From an uncultured Verrucomicrobiae bacterium (GTDB lineage Bacteria; Verrucomicrobiota; Verrucomicrobiia; Limisphaerales; Palsa-1400), in assembly GCA_963702845.1 (NCBI GenBank), contig OY969763.1:2688001-2752000 (forward strand): a DNA stretch of 64,000 nt. The letters are read 5' to 3'. A program made the position numbers and the translations under genes. This document shows positions 51,791 through 61,099 of this stretch, piece by piece (position 1 is the stretch's first letter; each line of letters begins with the position of its first letter). Under the pieces are notes generated by a model, which searched no databases, was not told the origin of the DNA, and saw only the letters and a list, made by a program, of their open reading frames with translations.

Positions 51791-52858
51791 ATGCACCTGT
51801 CCCGCAACTTCGTCGCACCTTTGTGTTTGCTCGCGTGCGTTTTCCAGCTTCACGCAGGCGAAGACGTCCGCACCTATGAAAACACCCTCACGCGGATCAA
51901 GCATCCCAAGCCCTTGCTTAATGATCATCCCGATTGGGTCGAGCCGATTCGCGAAACCAACCGGTTCGAAGCGCCAGTGTTGGTGAACGACAAAGACGCG
52001 GACCTGCACGTTCGCGCATGGCGTTTCTCCTATAACGCGCGCGGCATCATCGAAATGCCCAACAACCTTCGCGCGCAGGATACCGCAGTCGTGATGGTAC
52101 ATCCGTGGGGCATCGACGATGGCCAGGGCTGGTCCACTCCGGAACCCGCGGGGGTCTGCGATTTCTGCACGCCACAAAAAAACCACCTTGCCGCAAAACA
52201 CACCCACAACGTTATCAATCCATTCCTGAAGTCGTTGCGCGGCAAAGTCGGTTTGGTCCTCTACAGCTTGCCGGGCGATGAAGATCCAATCCGAAAAAAA
52301 CTGTATCGATCCTTCACCGCGAAACCGACCGACGCCGATCGCGAACAAGGCGCAAAAGAACTCACGGCAAAATTGAAGAACTTTTCCTACACCGGCCAGC
52401 CAATCCCGTCGACCTTTTCAGTTTCACAAAGCACACCGGTGCTGGATTACTTTAAAGCGCTCCCGGGTTTGGATGCGGGAGCGAAATACAATCATGACGG
52501 ATTTTGGTCCTTGCCGATTCCGGTAACGACAGACATCGACGTCTATCCTGATGACGTCGTCATCTATGATGGCAAAGGTTACGGACCGCTGAAGGAGTTC
52601 CTCAAAGTGAACCACATTCGACACGTGCTGCTGACGGGCTATGCGACCGACATGTGCTATTGCCGCACGACCGCCGGTTACGACAACCTCTCGCGCGACT
52701 TTGATGTTTTCCTCGTGGGCGACGCCTCACTGGCGACATTCCCGGCAGCGGCAACACCGAAGTTTACCACGAGCGCGCATCTCTCCCTCGCATCTCTCGA
52801 TCATCTCGTGACACAGATTTCGTGGGTTCATTACGACTCCAAACGCGCTTCGAAGTAA
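51791..52858 (+). CDS. Secreted isochorismatase/cysteine-hydrolase-fold protein
   Basis: Signal peptide; IRHVLLTGYATDMC, VFLVGDA. Confidence 0.7.
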   Translation: MHLSRNFVAPLCLLACVFQLHAGEDVRTYENTLTRIKHPKPLLNDHPDWVEPIRETNRFEAPVLVNDKDADLHVRAWRFSYNARGIIEMPNNLRAQDTAVVMVHPWGIDDGQGWSTPEPAGVCDFCTPQKNHLAAKHTHNVINPFLKSLRGKVGLVLYSLPGDEDPIRKKLYRSFTAKPTDADREQGAKELTAKLKNFSYTGQPIPSTFSVSQSTPVLDYFKALPGLDAGAKYNHDGFWSLPIPVTTDIDVYPDDVVIYDGKGYGPLKEFLKVNHIRHVLLTGYATDMCYCRTTAGYDNLSRDFDVFLVGDASLATFPAAATPKFTTSAHLSLASLDHLVTQISWVHYDSKRASK

Positions 52859-52861
52859 CTC

Positions 52862-53845
52862 ATGAACGTCATTTCACGCCGAAAATTCCTCACGACGTCC
52901 GCCTTGGCGGCCCGCGCACTTGCAACGAGTGTTCAAGCAGTGCCGCAAAAGAAGGCGCTTATTGCCATTTCGCTCGATCTGGAAATGGCACGTAATTTCC
53001 CGAATTGGGACGACACCCATTGGGACTACGAAAAAGGAAATCTAAACGACGCCACAAAGACATACGCGGTCGAAGCGGCGCGGCGCGTGAAGGAGCATGG
53101 TGGTGTCATTCATTTTTTTCTGGTCGCAAGCGCGCTCGAACAGGAGAACGTCGATTGGCTCAAGCAAATCCGCGACATGGGCCATTTCATTGGAAACCAC
53201 ACTTACGACCACGTCTATGTTCGCGCGGAAAAGTTGGAAGATGTGCAGTTCAAGTTCGCCCGCGCACCGTGGTTGCTCGATGGCAAGAAGCCCCTCGACG
53301 CTGTGCGCGAAAATATTCAAATGGCGACTGCAGCAATTCACAAGCGCCTCGGAATAGAGCCTGCGGGATTTCGGACACCAGGTGGCTTCGCTGACGGTCT
53401 GGCCACTCGACCCGACGTGCAGAAGATGTTTCTCGATCTCGGTTACAAATGGATCAGTTGCAAATACCCCGCGCACCCCAACAGTAATCCACCGGGCACG
53501 CCACCGACGGACGCGATTTATGACGGCATCGTCAAAGCGCAAACCGCCGCCCAGCCTTTTGTGTATCCCAGTGGATTGATCGATGTGCCGATGAGTCCCT
53601 TGAGCGATATTGTTGCGTTTCGTGGCGGCAAATGGGACCTCGATCACTTTTTAAAAGGCGTGCGTCTCGGAGTTGAATGGGCGATTGAGCATGGCGCCGT
53701 CTACGATTACTTGTCGCACCCAGCCGTGCTTAATGTGAAAGATCCGGAATTCAAAACCATCGACATGATTTGCGAGATCGTGAAGAGCGCTGGTAACCGC
53801 GCATCAATCGTGGGGCTCGACGCGTTGGCCAAGCGCGCTGTTTAA
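52862..53845 (+). CDS. Tat-exported polysaccharide deacetylase (NodB/CE4-like)
   Basis: SRRKFL; ISLDLE, GNHTYDH, GFRTPGG, LSHP. Confidence 0.8.
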   Translation: MNVISRRKFLTTSALAARALATSVQAVPQKKALIAISLDLEMARNFPNWDDTHWDYEKGNLNDATKTYAVEAARRVKEHGGVIHFFLVASALEQENVDWLKQIRDMGHFIGNHTYDHVYVRAEKLEDVQFKFARAPWLLDGKKPLDAVRENIQMATAAIHKRLGIEPAGFRTPGGFADGLATRPDVQKMFLDLGYKWISCKYPAHPNSNPPGTPPTDAIYDGIVKAQTAAQPFVYPSGLIDVPMSPLSDIVAFRGGKWDLDHFLKGVRLGVEWAIEHGAVYDYLSHPAVLNVKDPEFKTIDMICEIVKSAGNRASIVGLDALAKRAV

Positions 53846-56800
53846 GGCGCGTTTGTCCAAATGACGCTCGTCGCATTGGTGGCTTTGCGAATGATGAAAC
53901 CGGCGCCGGGCGTGAATACCTGCGCAGTGCCAAAATCAGTTGAACCCGAACCCACACGACGCCAACCACTGTTCCAATAATAATAAACCGCGCTCGAAGA
54001 CTTATTCTTTTGCGCGACGGTGTTGTCGAATGTCAGCAGCTCATCGGTGCGCGTTCCCGGCAGAGGGCTGGCTTCAAAAGCGCCGCTGCTGATCAGCCCG
54101 GAATTATCTAGCGCAACAGCAGAGGCGCGAATCAAACCGACCGAATTGTCCTGTTCAGTTTCTGTCTGTGCGTGCAACGGCAACGCCAATGTCGACACAA
54201 TGACCGCGCCAACAGAATTCATCGTGCTATTTGTCGGCACGTTTTGGCGGACGATGAAATACGAACTCAAGGGCAAGACATCATCACCGTGATTCACGCT
54301 CCCCTGCCCCACTTGCTTCCAGATGGAGGAATTAAAATAATAAATCTTCGTCGCGCTCAGATTGATTCCGGTTCCTGCGCTATCGGGCAAAAGGATTTCA
54401 GTAAAACGATTTCCTTGCGAAGGTGAGGCAAGGATGCCTTTGCCATTTGGGAACGCTGAATTCAATGACCAGTGAGGAACGACAGAAACCACATCTCCAG
54501 GTGCGGCTCCGTCGAGAGTGTCTGCGCCAAAATCGACCGTCAATGTGTTCGTGTCATTTGTGATCACGTTGTAAACGCGACCTTCAAGCGCGCCAGAATC
54601 AAAGCGCGCGTAGTAATTATTGGACTGCGCGCCCGGCGAATAGACGAACTGCCCTGCCGTCCAGTTCGCACCGTTAACGGTTACGGTATTGCTTACGACC
54701 GATGCGACCGCACCTGAAGATGTAATCGCACGCGTGAACGGGATCGAAACGTATGAGTCCGAGACGCCTAAAAATACCAATGGCATCACACCAGCAGGAT
54801 CACTCACAGCCGAACCATCCGCCAAACGATAAAAACGTTGGCTACCTCCAGGGTTGTCCGAAACCGTCACTGTCGAACCACCCGGAGTAATCTGCGTTAG
54901 ATCAGTCCATGTCGAGTCGGTCAGCGCGTTCTTGGATTGAAATGCGTAAGTAGCACCGGGAGCAACGTTCCAGGTGAGGAACACCAAGCCATCCGGATTG
55001 CTTTGCATGTCCGCGAGTGTTGGACGATCGATCACAACGATATTAAACGTCGTCGTCGCGCTTTGCGATGGTACGGCGTTATCTGACACACGGACTGTGA
55101 CCAAATTTGTCGTGCCCTGCGCGACAGCGGGCACTGTCCATGCGAACGCGCCCGAACTCGAATCAATTGCGGCCCCGGCAGGTGCTCCGGGATCAAGATT
55201 AAACGATAACGTTTGCGAGGCCTGATCAGGATCGCTGGCAGAAACAGTCAACGAAACCGTCGCTCCAACGCTCGCCACCTGATCAGCAACTGGCACAACC
55301 GCCGGCGGATTGTTGAGGACCGTGAGCGTGCCGTTGTTCGTGCTCACAACATAGTTCGACAATTTCGAACTCGGGTCGGACAACGTGAACGTAATTGCAT
55401 AAGCCCCCACCGCACTGTTCGTTGTCGCAATTGTAGAATAATTCGCGGTGACGTCGTCGTTATTTTGCAAACCGACAATGGTTCCGGTGAACACAGGATT
55501 AGTAGCGCCCCACGTGCGCGAAGCATCGTTCGCAGTGACCGAAACCAGCGCGGTCGTGACCGTCAACGTTCCGTTATTTGTCGTCACAGTGTAATTGGTC
55601 AGATTACCAGTGGGATCGGCCAGCGTTGGCGTAATGTTATAATTGCCGACTGCGCTGTTCGTGGTCGCTGCACTGACGAACGTTGCCGCGATGTTGTCAT
55701 TATTCTGCAGGCCAGAGAGAGCGCCGCTGAACACGGGGTTCGTTTGACCATATATGCGTGACGCATTGCTAGCCGTCACGCTCAGCGGCGAGGAAGTGAC
55801 CGTCAAGGTGCCATTCGTCGAAAGTACGGTATAGTTCCCAAGGCGATTGTTCGGATCATTCAAGCTCGGAACAATGGCGTAATTACCCTTTGCACTGTTT
55901 GTCGTAGCGGAAGAATTGAATGTCGCGGTGATATTATCGCCAGCCTCCACTCCAGTCAGAGTCCCACCAAAGATCGGATTTGTTTGGCCATAACCGCGCG
56001 AAGCATCGTTCGCAGTGACCGAAACCAACGCGGTCGTGACCGTCAAGGTACCGTTGTTCGTCGTCGCCGTATAGTTAGACAACTTGCCAGTTGGATCGGA
56101 GAGCGTGGGCGTGATGTTATAATTGCCGACTGCGCTGTTTGTGGTCGCAGCGCTAGTAAACGTCGCGGTGATATTGTCGGAATTTCGTAAACCATCCAGA
56201 GTGCCGCTGAACAGCGGGTTGGTCAGCCCATATTGACGTGAAGCATTATTGGCGGTCACGTTCAGAGGCACAGAAGTGACGGTCAAGGTGCCATTCATCG
56301 AAAGCACGGTGTAGTTACCCAAACGATTGTTCGGATCATTCAAGGTCGGAACGATGGCGTAACTACCCTTTGCACTGTTTGTAGTTGCAGACGAATTGAA
56401 TGTCGCCGTGATATTATCGCCAGCCTCCACTCCAGCCAGAGTCCCACCAAAAATCGGATTTGTTTGGCCATAACCGCGCGAAGCATCATTCGCAGTGACT
56501 GAAACCAGCGCGGTCGTCACCGTCAACGTGCCGTTGTTCGTCGTCACCGTATAGTTAGACAACTTGCCAGTGGGATCGGACAGCGTGGGCGTGATGTTAT
56601 AATTGCCGACTGTGCTGTTCGTCGTGGCTACACTGAAGAACGTTGCCGTTAGGTTGTCATTATTCTGAACGCCGGTGAGGGTTCCACTGAACACCGGGTT
56701 GGTCACCCCATATTGACGTGAAGCATTATTGGCGGTCACGCTCAGAGGCACAGAAGTGACGGTCAAGGTGCCATTCGTCGAAAGCACGGTGTAGTTACCC

Positions 56801-59800
56801 AAGCGATTGTTCGGATCATTCAAGCTCGGAACAATGGCGTAATTACCCATTGCACTGTTTGTAGTAGCGGACGAATTAAACGTCGCGGTGATGTTATCGC
56901 CAGACGCCACTCCAGCAAGAGTCCCACCAAAAATCGGATTTGTTTGGCCATAACCGCGCGAAGCATCGTTCGCGGTGACCGAGACCGGCACCTTCATCAC
57001 CGTCAAGGTGCCGTTGTTTGTCGTCACAGTGTAATTGGACAGCCTGCCGGTGGGATCAGATAACGCTGGCGTGATGTTATAATTGCCGACTGCGCTGTTC
57101 GTGGTCGCTGCACTGACGAACACTGCCGTGATATTGTCATTATTCTGTAGGCCAGCGAGATTGCCGTTGAACACGGGGTTTGTCTGACCATATTGGCGTG
57201 ACGCATTGCTAGCCGTGACGCTCAGCGGAACCGCCGTCACCGTCAGCGTCCCATTCGTCGACAAAATAGTATAGTTGCCAAGGCGATTGTTCGGATCATT
57301 CAAGCTCGGAACGATGGCGTAATTACCCTTTGCACTGTTTGCCGTAGCGGACGAATTGAATGTCGCCGTAATGTTGTCGCCAGATTCGACTCCAGTCAAA
57401 GTCCCGCCAAAAATCGGATTTGTTTGGCCATAACTGCGCGAAGAATTGCTCGCAACGACTGTGAGAGTCGCTGGAGTAATCGACACCCCGGCAGAAACAG
57501 CGCTAACAATGGCAGGTTGCGACACATCCGACACAGAAACGTTCTGGGTGCCGACCGTTTTCAAAGTCACATTGAAAGTCGCCGTGCCGCTAGTCAAAGC
57601 GGCATTAGGAGGCAGAGTGGCGATCGTGTCACTCGACGACAACGTCACAGTATCACTGACGTTGTTCGCAAGATTCCAAAACGCGTCCACAGCTTTAACG
57701 GTCACGTTAAAGCTCGTTCCGGAAATGTGCGCGGTCGGCGTGCCAGTAAAACCAGGGCTCACCGTTGGCGTCGCAGTCTGACCGGGCAGTAAAATCTGCA
57801 ACTGCGAGACAGCCGCAGGCGCGATTGCAACGACGCTCGACGTCGCACCAGTCAACGCGCCCGACGTGAACGCGATCGTAATGTTCGTTGCGTATTGATG
57901 TAAGAGATTCGTGAAAGTCACCAACCCGCCCACTGCCGTCATTGCCGTTACACCTTGTAACGTGCCTGCACCCGCAGACCGGATCGCAGTCACAATCGTC
58001 GAGTTATCGTTAGTCACAAGATGCCCGGTGGCATCTTCAATGCGAATCACAGGTTGAACATCAAACGGAACGCCTGCCGTCGCAGTTGATGATGGCTGCG
58101 TTTGAATCGTCAGCTTCGTGGCTGCGCTTTGATCTACAACGAGCGCGTTGATCAAATTACTGACGATTGGCGTGCCCCAACCGGTGCATAGGTCGAATCC
58201 GGTGACGCCGGCGAATTTCGTCTTACTGCTACTGCTGAAATTATTACCAGTGGTGGTGTCATGGAAACAACTGGTGTACGAAGCGCCCTTTCCGAGAGTG
58301 TAAATTGCGGGATTGATGAAGCCAACCGGCGATTGGCCGACGCTCGCCGCACGCTGGTTCGCCAAAGCCGTAACCGCGGCCCACAATGGCGCGGCGCAAC
58401 TCGTCCCGCCGAATGTTCCCGCGCTGCCGTTATTGTATAATACATAAATATTATCGCCAGTGAGCGCGACGTCGGGGACGTTGCGGAAACTCGTTGAACC
58501 TTTATTGGCGGTCATACTGATGCCCTGCTGCCACACCGGCAACGCAAACACGGTGCTGATTCCGCCGCTGCTGCCAGTATAGGATCCTTGAACGCGTCCC
58601 CAGTTCCATACTGTTTCAGACGAAAAACTCGCTCCCGTGCCCGTCGTCAACGTAGTCGCGCCCACTTGCGTGATATTTGGGCTATCGGACGGAAAAGGGA
58701 TCGCTCCCACGAAGGCATCGCTATCTCCGGTGGCATTGAAGAATGACTGGCCTTGCGCCGCCATTAACTGGAAAACGTTCTCAGCCGTGGGATTCTCTGA
58801 ACCACCGCCCCACGAACAACCGATCTGTTTTGCCAGGTTGTCTGTTTGCATCTGGCTGAGCATCGGCTCAAAATTTGCCAGACTGTTCGGAGCTTCATAA
58901 ACATAAACCTTGGATAGACCAGGTGCCATGGCGATGACCATCTCGATGTCGAGCGCAACCTCGCTATTCCCGGAACCCGGATTGGAAACACCACCATTCA
59001 CCGCGACGTTCGACAGTGTCATCGAAGGCAATCCGAACTGCGACTCGTAGCTCGTAATGTCAGATGTGTAATAACCATCGAATTCCAACAGGGCGATGCT
59101 CTGTCCCGTGCCCGTGAGCGAGAGTCCCGGTGCATACGCGGCGCGAAAATCATTTCCGGCATAAGTGCCGCTCGGACCGGAACCTGCCCTGGGCGTGGCG
59201 ACACCGGCCGGCATAGGTTGAATTTTGCTGTGCGGTCGTGGAACGAAAAAGTCACTCAAGCCACTCACGGTGATGACCGGCACTGCGATATCCAAAGCGG
59301 GATCAACGTCCGGCGCAAAAAACGTTCGCTGTTCAGTCGGATGCTGGTATCTGTGCAACTTCACGTGGAAGGCAGCTTCCACGGCGGACACTGGACCCTC
59401 AACTTCAAGCAGCAATCGATTGGGATGTTTGGACGTTGGAACCAAGCCCTGTGATTTCGCCCACGCAATGACCGCATCGTAGTCTGCTGCGAGCGGCCCA
59501 AATCTCTCCGTTAGTTGATCCGGCGTGAGATACTGCCGGTATTGCGGGCTGCCCGGGTCGTAGATTTTTTGGAGCAAACTCTGAAGGCCGTCCGGATCAT
59601 GCAATGGCAATCCTATGGAAAGATGAATTCGCCTGGATGCACTGAGTCGCTCGAGCGGTTGCAATTGCTTCACAACTGCCGGGACATGGTTCTTCAACAC
59701 TACCCGCGCACTAGCGGCGGTGGCTTTGTCTCCTGACTGGGCTTGCCCCGCGGGTAAGGCGACACTTGAACGGACAAAGCCAAGCAAAATTACCAAGCAG

Positions 59801-59853
59801 ATTAGCTGCAAGCGCATCGCAAGTAACCGCTTCGGGAAACAGCTGAAAAACAT
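53842..59853 (-). CDS. Large secreted S53 (sedolisin/kumamolisin) protease with prodomain, 9 MBG-like repeats, Ig domain and TIGR02597-like C-terminal domain
   Basis: Prodomain SPQYRQYLT; EVALDIE, GDSD, RNVPDVA, GGTSCAAP, DLCTGWGTP. Confidence 0.9.
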   Translation of the reverse strand: MFFSCFPKRLLAMRLQLICLVILLGFVRSSVALPAGQAQSGDKATAASARVVLKNHVPAVVKQLQPLERLSASRRIHLSIGLPLHDPDGLQSLLQKIYDPGSPQYRQYLTPDQLTERFGPLAADYDAVIAWAKSQGLVPTSKHPNRLLLEVEGPVSAVEAAFHVKLHRYQHPTEQRTFFAPDVDPALDIAVPVITVSGLSDFFVPRPHSKIQPMPAGVATPRAGSGPSGTYAGNDFRAAYAPGLSLTGTGQSIALLEFDGYYTSDITSYESQFGLPSMTLSNVAVNGGVSNPGSGNSEVALDIEMVIAMAPGLSKVYVYEAPNSLANFEPMLSQMQTDNLAKQIGCSWGGGSENPTAENVFQLMAAQGQSFFNATGDSDAFVGAIPFPSDSPNITQVGATTLTTGTGASFSSETVWNWGRVQGSYTGSSGGISTVFALPVWQQGISMTANKGSTSFRNVPDVALTGDNIYVLYNNGSAGTFGGTSCAAPLWAAVTALANQRAASVGQSPVGFINPAIYTLGKGASYTSCFHDTTTGNNFSSSSKTKFAGVTGFDLCTGWGTPIVSNLINALVVDQSAATKLTIQTQPSSTATAGVPFDVQPVIRIEDATGHLVTNDNSTIVTAIRSAGAGTLQGVTAMTAVGGLVTFTNLLHQYATNITIAFTSGALTGATSSVVAIAPAAVSQLQILLPGQTATPTVSPGFTGTPTAHISGTSFNVTVKAVDAFWNLANNVSDTVTLSSSDTIATLPPNAALTSGTATFNVTLKTVGTQNVSVSDVSQPAIVSAVSAGVSITPATLTVVASNSSRSYGQTNPIFGGTLTGVESGDNITATFNSSATANSAKGNYAIVPSLNDPNNRLGNYTILSTNGTLTVTAVPLSVTASNASRQYGQTNPVFNGNLAGLQNNDNITAVFVSAATTNSAVGNYNITPALSDPTGRLSNYTVTTNNGTLTVMKVPVSVTANDASRGYGQTNPIFGGTLAGVASGDNITATFNSSATTNSAMGNYAIVPSLNDPNNRLGNYTVLSTNGTLTVTSVPLSVTANNASRQYGVTNPVFSGTLTGVQNNDNLTATFFSVATTNSTVGNYNITPTLSDPTGKLSNYTVTTNNGTLTVTTALVSVTANDASRGYGQTNPIFGGTLAGVEAGDNITATFNSSATTNSAKGSYAIVPTLNDPNNRLGNYTVLSMNGTLTVTSVPLNVTANNASRQYGLTNPLFSGTLDGLRNSDNITATFTSAATTNSAVGNYNITPTLSDPTGKLSNYTATTNNGTLTVTTALVSVTANDASRGYGQTNPIFGGTLTGVEAGDNITATFNSSATTNSAKGNYAIVPSLNDPNNRLGNYTVLSTNGTLTVTSSPLSVTASNASRIYGQTNPVFSGALSGLQNNDNIAATFVSAATTNSAVGNYNITPTLADPTGNLTNYTVTTNNGTLTVTTALVSVTANDASRTWGATNPVFTGTIVGLQNNDDVTANYSTIATTNSAVGAYAITFTLSDPSSKLSNYVVSTNNGTLTVLNNPPAVVPVADQVASVGATVSLTVSASDPDQASQTLSFNLDPGAPAGAAIDSSSGAFAWTVPAVAQGTTNLVTVRVSDNAVPSQSATTTFNIVVIDRPTLADMQSNPDGLVFLTWNVAPGATYAFQSKNALTDSTWTDLTQITPGGSTVTVSDNPGGSQRFYRLADGSAVSDPAGVMPLVFLGVSDSYVSIPFTRAITSSGAVASVVSNTVTVNGANWTAGQFVYSPGAQSNNYYARFDSGALEGRVYNVITNDTNTLTVDFGADTLDGAAPGDVVSVVPHWSLNSAFPNGKGILASPSQGNRFTEILLPDSAGTGINLSATKIYYFNSSIWKQVGQGSVNHGDDVLPLSSYFIVRQNVPTNSTMNSVGAVIVSTLALPLHAQTETEQDNSVGLIRASAVALDNSGLISSGAFEASPLPGTRTDELLTFDNTVAQKNKSSSAVYYYWNSGWRRVGSGSTDFGTAQVFTPGAGFIIRKATNATSVIWTNAP
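55315..57475 (-). repeat. Nine 240-bp intragenic repeats alternating A/B (480-bp higher-order unit)
   Basis: Units ending NGTLTV; odd units carry DPNNRLGNY and even units DPTG.L.NY; the ninth is divergent. Confidence 0.92.
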
Positions 59854-59923
59854 CGGCCGATGCTATCACGAAACACCGTAAAACAAACCTCGAAATGACA
59901 AGAATTTGGTTCGCAATGGGAAC

Positions 59924-60391
59924 CTAAGCGATCTCGAACTCTACCGGCAATTTCTTGTTGCGCACGACGCGCCCAAATTCGGCGCGGTCGAACGGTTTGA
60001 CCATGTAGGAGTTGGCGCCGAGTGAAACAGCGGAACGAAGCGCGTTGACCTGTTCAGAGCTGCTGATGGCGATGATGGGTATATCGCGAAATTTGAGGCG
60101 AGTACGGAGGTAAGCTTGCGCATCCAGTCCGTTGCGACCCGGCAAGCGCAGATCGATGATGATCAGACCGGGTAACGGATATTTGTCGCGCTCCGCATAT
60201 TTGCCGACACCGCCCAGATAAGTGATCATCTCGTCGGTAGAAGAGACGTGGCAGATGGGATTGGCGACATTGAGGCGTCGCAGTTCGCGTGACGCGACAA
60301 GGAAGTCATCCGTCTGGTCTTCAACAAACAAAATCGATTTGATCTGTTCTTTGGAACTATCGCTTTCCCTCAGGTCTGATTTACCACTCAT
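59924..60391 (-). CDS. Single-domain response regulator (Rcp-like)
   Basis: ILFVEDQTDD, IDLRLPG, GANSYMVKP; ATG 60391 preferred. Confidence 0.88.
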   Translation of the reverse strand: MSGKSDLRESDSSKEQIKSILFVEDQTDDFLVASRELRRLNVANPICHVSSTDEMITYLGGVGKYAERDKYPLPGLIIIDLRLPGRNGLDAQAYLRTRLKFRDIPIIAISSSEQVNALRSAVSLGANSYMVKPFDRAEFGRVVRNKKLPVEFEIA

Positions 60392-61099
60392 CTTTATTCT
60401 TATCTGCTCAACGCAGGGCGTCTCATACCACTGACAGTAGACAGCAACGCAACCCGTTGACCGACAAAAATCGTTTAGGGGAATCCATGAATTCCCAAGA
60501 GTGTTCGTGGTATGAGCCCATGCGGTAATCCTCGTTAGCACGGAAGCGTTAGCTATTCAAAAAACCTGAAAGTGTTTGCGCGAGCCTCACCTGAAAACTA
60601 GTTGTCATGTAAATTATTGACGCATCGGCAATAAAGGCATTAAATCGCGACGTTCCCATGATCCTGCAACCCAACCATGCAGACATGAACTGCGGAATCA
60701 GCATCCGTGGCCTGATGGAAGCTGTGCTCAAAAGCGCAGTCGCCTTTTTCTCCCCGATATCCAACAACGCTGCCGCTGACCCGAGTTTTTTTTGCAGTGT
60801 GCTACGACTTTCGCCCACGCGCGGAAACGGGTTGCGGCTACGCCGGCTTCCACGACATTTTCGCGGGAAGATTCACGACTGTGATTGGGCCAAGCCATCG
60901 CTGGTCAAACACAACAAAGTCCTGAATCTCCACAATCGATTGATCGGGGCCGACGCTTACTCCGCAGGAGGAACTGCCAAACACGTCGGCCCCGCTTCAT
61001 TTTCATTTTGCGCCAGTGTCCGACTCACCGGCACGAAGGGCATCTCCGCACAGGCGTGCGGAAACCCCATCCGCGATAATTAAGAGTCCGTTAGCGCGG

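Noticed and set aside
55315..57475. Long regular repeats as a CRISPR array or mobile element
   Set aside because: In-frame 240-bp protein domain repeats with no unique spacers and no cas genes
60549..61083. ORFs 60658-61083 (+) and 60549-60818 (-)
   Set aside because: No domain or motif support; probably the divergent promoter region, though a small gene cannot be excluded
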